DNA from: Bacteroidales bacterium
GTDB lineage: Bacteria; Bacteroidota; Bacteroidia; Bacteroidales; UBA932
Direction: 5' to 3'
Assembly (NCBI GenBank): GCA_017469425.1
Contig: JAFUGJ010000034.1
Span: forward strand, 18,074-82,073
DNA: 64,000 bases
The notes under the pieces are model-generated. The model did no database searches, was not told where the DNA came from, and worked only from the letters and a program-made list of their open reading frames with translations. Below are positions 61,859-64,000 of the stretch, in pieces. Positions within the stretch are counted from its first letter, which is position 1. Every line of letters starts with the position of its first letter. The position numbers and the translations under genes are program-made.

Positions 61859-62278
61859 ATGGACAGGATGATAGGCATTGATTACGGGCGTGCGAGAGTG
61901 GGCGTTGCAATCAGCGACCCTCTCGGTATTTTTGCTTCGCCGCTCGAAACGGTGCCATCTGCAAAGATAATAGAATATCTTCAAAAGTTGCGCGAAACCA
62001 ACACCCTAATCCGCTTTGTGGTGGGGTATCCGGTCAATCTGAACGGAAAGCCGTCCGAGGCCGCCGCCGATGTGGATGTGTTTCTCAAGCGCCTTGCAAA
62101 GGTGTTTCCGGACATCCCGGTGAGCCTTGAAGATGAGCGCTTTACCTCCGTGCTGGCCCACCGTGCCATGATTGACGGGGGCATGAAAAAGAGCGAGCGC
62201 CGCAACAAGGCCTCGGTGGACCGCATCAGCGCAGCAATCATCCTGCAGAGTTACATGGACAGAAACAGACAGATATGA
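61859..62278 (+). CDS. ruvX: YqgF/RuvX family pre-16S rRNA nuclease
   Basis: IGIDYGRARVGVAISD, DERFTS, VDRISAAIILQSY. Confidence 0.93.
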   Translation: MDRMIGIDYGRARVGVAISDPLGIFASPLETVPSAKIIEYLQKLRETNTLIRFVVGYPVNLNGKPSEAAADVDVFLKRLAKVFPDIPVSLEDERFTSVLAHRAMIDGGMKKSERRNKASVDRISAAIILQSYMDRNRQI

Positions 62279-62829
62279 TAAGACCGATTTTTTTATACGG
62301 GTCGCCGGTATTGAGGGAAGTGGCGGCTCCTGCCGACCTTTCCAGGCCGGAAGAAGTGAAACAGCTCATTACGGACCTATGGGACACTCTCGGCCCCAGC
62401 GACGGCTGCGGACTTGCGGCTCCACAGATAGGGGAGAGCAAGCGCGTGGTAGTCGTGGACGGAGATGTCATGGCCGATGTTTATCCCTATCTCAAGGGGT
62501 TCAGGCGTACTTTCGTCAACCCCGTCATCGTTGAGGAAAGCAACGAGACCAGCGTTTACAATGAGGGATGCCTCAGCGTGCCCGGTGTGTACTGCGATGT
62601 GACCCGGCCTAAAAAGATAAAGGTGGAGTATTACGACGAAAACCTGGAAAAGAAGGTTGAGGAGTTCGACAACTTCGGCGCCCGAATGATTCAGCACGAA
62701 TTCAGCCATCTCGACGGTGTGCTTTTCACCGACCTCGTGGCCCAGATTCGGCGCAAGATGATAGCGGGCAAGCTCCAGAAAATAGCCGCCGGAAAAGTGG
62801 GAACGCGATACAAGTCAAAAATAAAGTGA
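62275..62829 (+). CDS. def: peptide deformylase
   Basis: GCGLAAPQIG, EGCLSVP, QHEFSHLDG. Confidence 0.96.
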   Translation: MIRPIFLYGSPVLREVAAPADLSRPEEVKQLITDLWDTLGPSDGCGLAAPQIGESKRVVVVDGDVMADVYPYLKGFRRTFVNPVIVEESNETSVYNEGCLSVPGVYCDVTRPKKIKVEYYDENLEKKVEEFDNFGARMIQHEFSHLDGVLFTDLVAQIRRKMIAGKLQKIAAGKVGTRYKSKIK

Positions 62830-62880
62830 CAGTATTCCAAAATTTATTTATTTTTGCAAAGTACAAAAACCTGAACTTAT

Positions 62881-64000
62881 ATGTTGGAAAAATTTATCAG
62901 CAAGGATTTGCCCGAACTTGAATTCAATGTTCCCGCCAATTTCAATTTTGCTTACGATGTAATGGATGTCTGGGCCCGCGAGGCTCCGGACAAGTGCGCG
63001 CTTATCTGGACCAGCGACACGGAGGCCGAGCGCCGTTTCAGTTTCGCCGACCTCAAGCGTGAAAGCGACAAGGTCGCAGGCTACCTCGACTCCATCGGCA
63101 TAGGCCGGGGCGACTTTGTGATGCTCATACTCAAGCGCAGGTATCAGTTCTGGACCATCATGCTCGCCCTTGAAAAGATAGGGGCCATAGCCGTTCCCGC
63201 GACTTTCCTGCTCACTTCCCACGACATAGTCTATCGTTGCAAGTCGGCTGAAATCAAGGCCATTATCTGCTGCGGAGACGAGCGTATCCTCGACAGCGTT
63301 GCCGAGGCCGAGCCCAAATGCCCCTTCCTTGAGAAACTCATAAGCATCGGCCCCGAAGTGCCGGAAGGATTCGAAGACTTCGAGGCGGGCGTGGCTGCTG
63401 CCACTCCTTGGGAGAGGGGCGGTTTCATGAATGACAGCGAGGACCCGCTGCTGATGTATTTCACATCCGGCACATCCGACGAGCCCAAGATGGTAATGCA
63501 CAGCCATACCTATGCGCTCAGTCACCTCGTGACCGCCGCTTACTGGCACGACCTCACCCCCGACAGCATACATTTCACCTATTCCGACACCGGATGGGGC
63601 AAAGCCGTTTGGGGTAAGCTCTACGGGCAGTGGATAGTGGGCGCCACGGTATTCGTTTACGACCACGAGAAATTCGTGCCTGCCGAAATCCTTGCCCTGA
63701 TAGGAAAATACCGCATCACATCTTTCTGCGCCCCTCCTACCATTTATCGCTTCCTTATCAAGGAGCACTTCAACTGTTATGACCTTTCGTCACTGAAGCA
63801 CTGCTGCACGGCCGGCGAGGCGCTGAATCCCTCCGTGTTCGAGGAATTCCACCGCCGCACGGGTCTGTGGATATACGAAGCATTCGGGCAGACCGAAACC
63901 GCGCTCACCCTCGGAACTTTCAGCTGGATGACGCCAAAGCCCGGTTCCATGGGCAAGCCTTCGCCCGCCTACGACATTGACATCCTCACTCCCGAAGGAC
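62881..64000 (+). CDS. AMP-binding acyl-CoA synthetase (partial, runs off the right edge; not in the ORF track)
   Basis: MLEKF...NFNFAYDV, YFTSGTSDEPK, SDTGWGKAVWGKLYGQW, CAPPTIYR, AGEALNP, EAFGQTE, KPGSMGKP; TATTTTTG box at 62849. Confidence 0.9.
   Translation, partial: MLEKFISKDLPELEFNVPANFNFAYDVMDVWAREAPDKCALIWTSDTEAERRFSFADLKRESDKVAGYLDSIGIGRGDFVMLILKRRYQFWTIMLALEKIGAIAVPATFLLTSHDIVYRCKSAEIKAIICCGDERILDSVAEAEPKCPFLEKLISIGPEVPEGFEDFEAGVAAATPWERGGFMNDSEDPLLMYFTSGTSDEPKMVMHSHTYALSHLVTAAYWHDLTPDSIHFTYSDTGWGKAVWGKLYGQWIVGATVFVYDHEKFVPAEILALIGKYRITSFCAPPTIYRFLIKEHFNCYDLSSLKHCCTAGEALNPSVFEEFHRRTGLWIYEAFGQTETALTLGTFSWMTPKPGSMGKPSPAYDIDILTPEG

Noticed and set aside
1-64000. CRISPR arrays, prophage, IS elements, rRNA, invertible promoters
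   Set aside because: No spaced direct repeats, phage or transposase genes, rRNA-like sequence, or long inverted repeats flanking a promoter were seen.

Overview
A compact, GC-rich chromosomal segment from a Bacteroidales bacterium. The TAnnTTTG promoters, absence of Shine-Dalgarno sites, FISUMP/DUF4293/DUF4837 genes and gene order support this; a Rikenellaceae-related gut or rumen lineage is plausible but only inferred. It is mostly housekeeping: ackA-pta, rsmD-cstA, mazG, prfA, gyrA, phoH-like, leuS, dnaK, pth-rplY, xerD, tdk, rsmI, trpS-recA, rlmN-patatin-recX, tRNA-Glu/rpsT/tRNA-Pro, rseP-dxr, ruvX-def and a partial acyl-CoA synthetase. I found no CRISPR array, prophage, IS element or rRNA. 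Best leads: (1) the 3' end of a RiPP-like cassette at the left edge (probable HPr-kinase-like protein, soluble Ser-His S26 peptidase, PqqD/RRE protein, ABC exporter) with no precursor in view; (2) a secreted fusion of a phosphomannomutase-like HAD-IIB domain with an intact GH2; (3) near-total avoidance of ACGT, which I saw only in a tRNA and in a candidate structured RNA behind an unannotated histone-H1-like gene; (4) about nine genes whose ATG lies only 5-8 nt after the -7 promoter box, suggesting leaderless mRNAs; (5) a probably inactive M28-TonB C-terminal fusion; (6) a stand-alone Clp N-domain where a full ClpC is expected. All family assignments come from reading motifs by eye, not from database searches.
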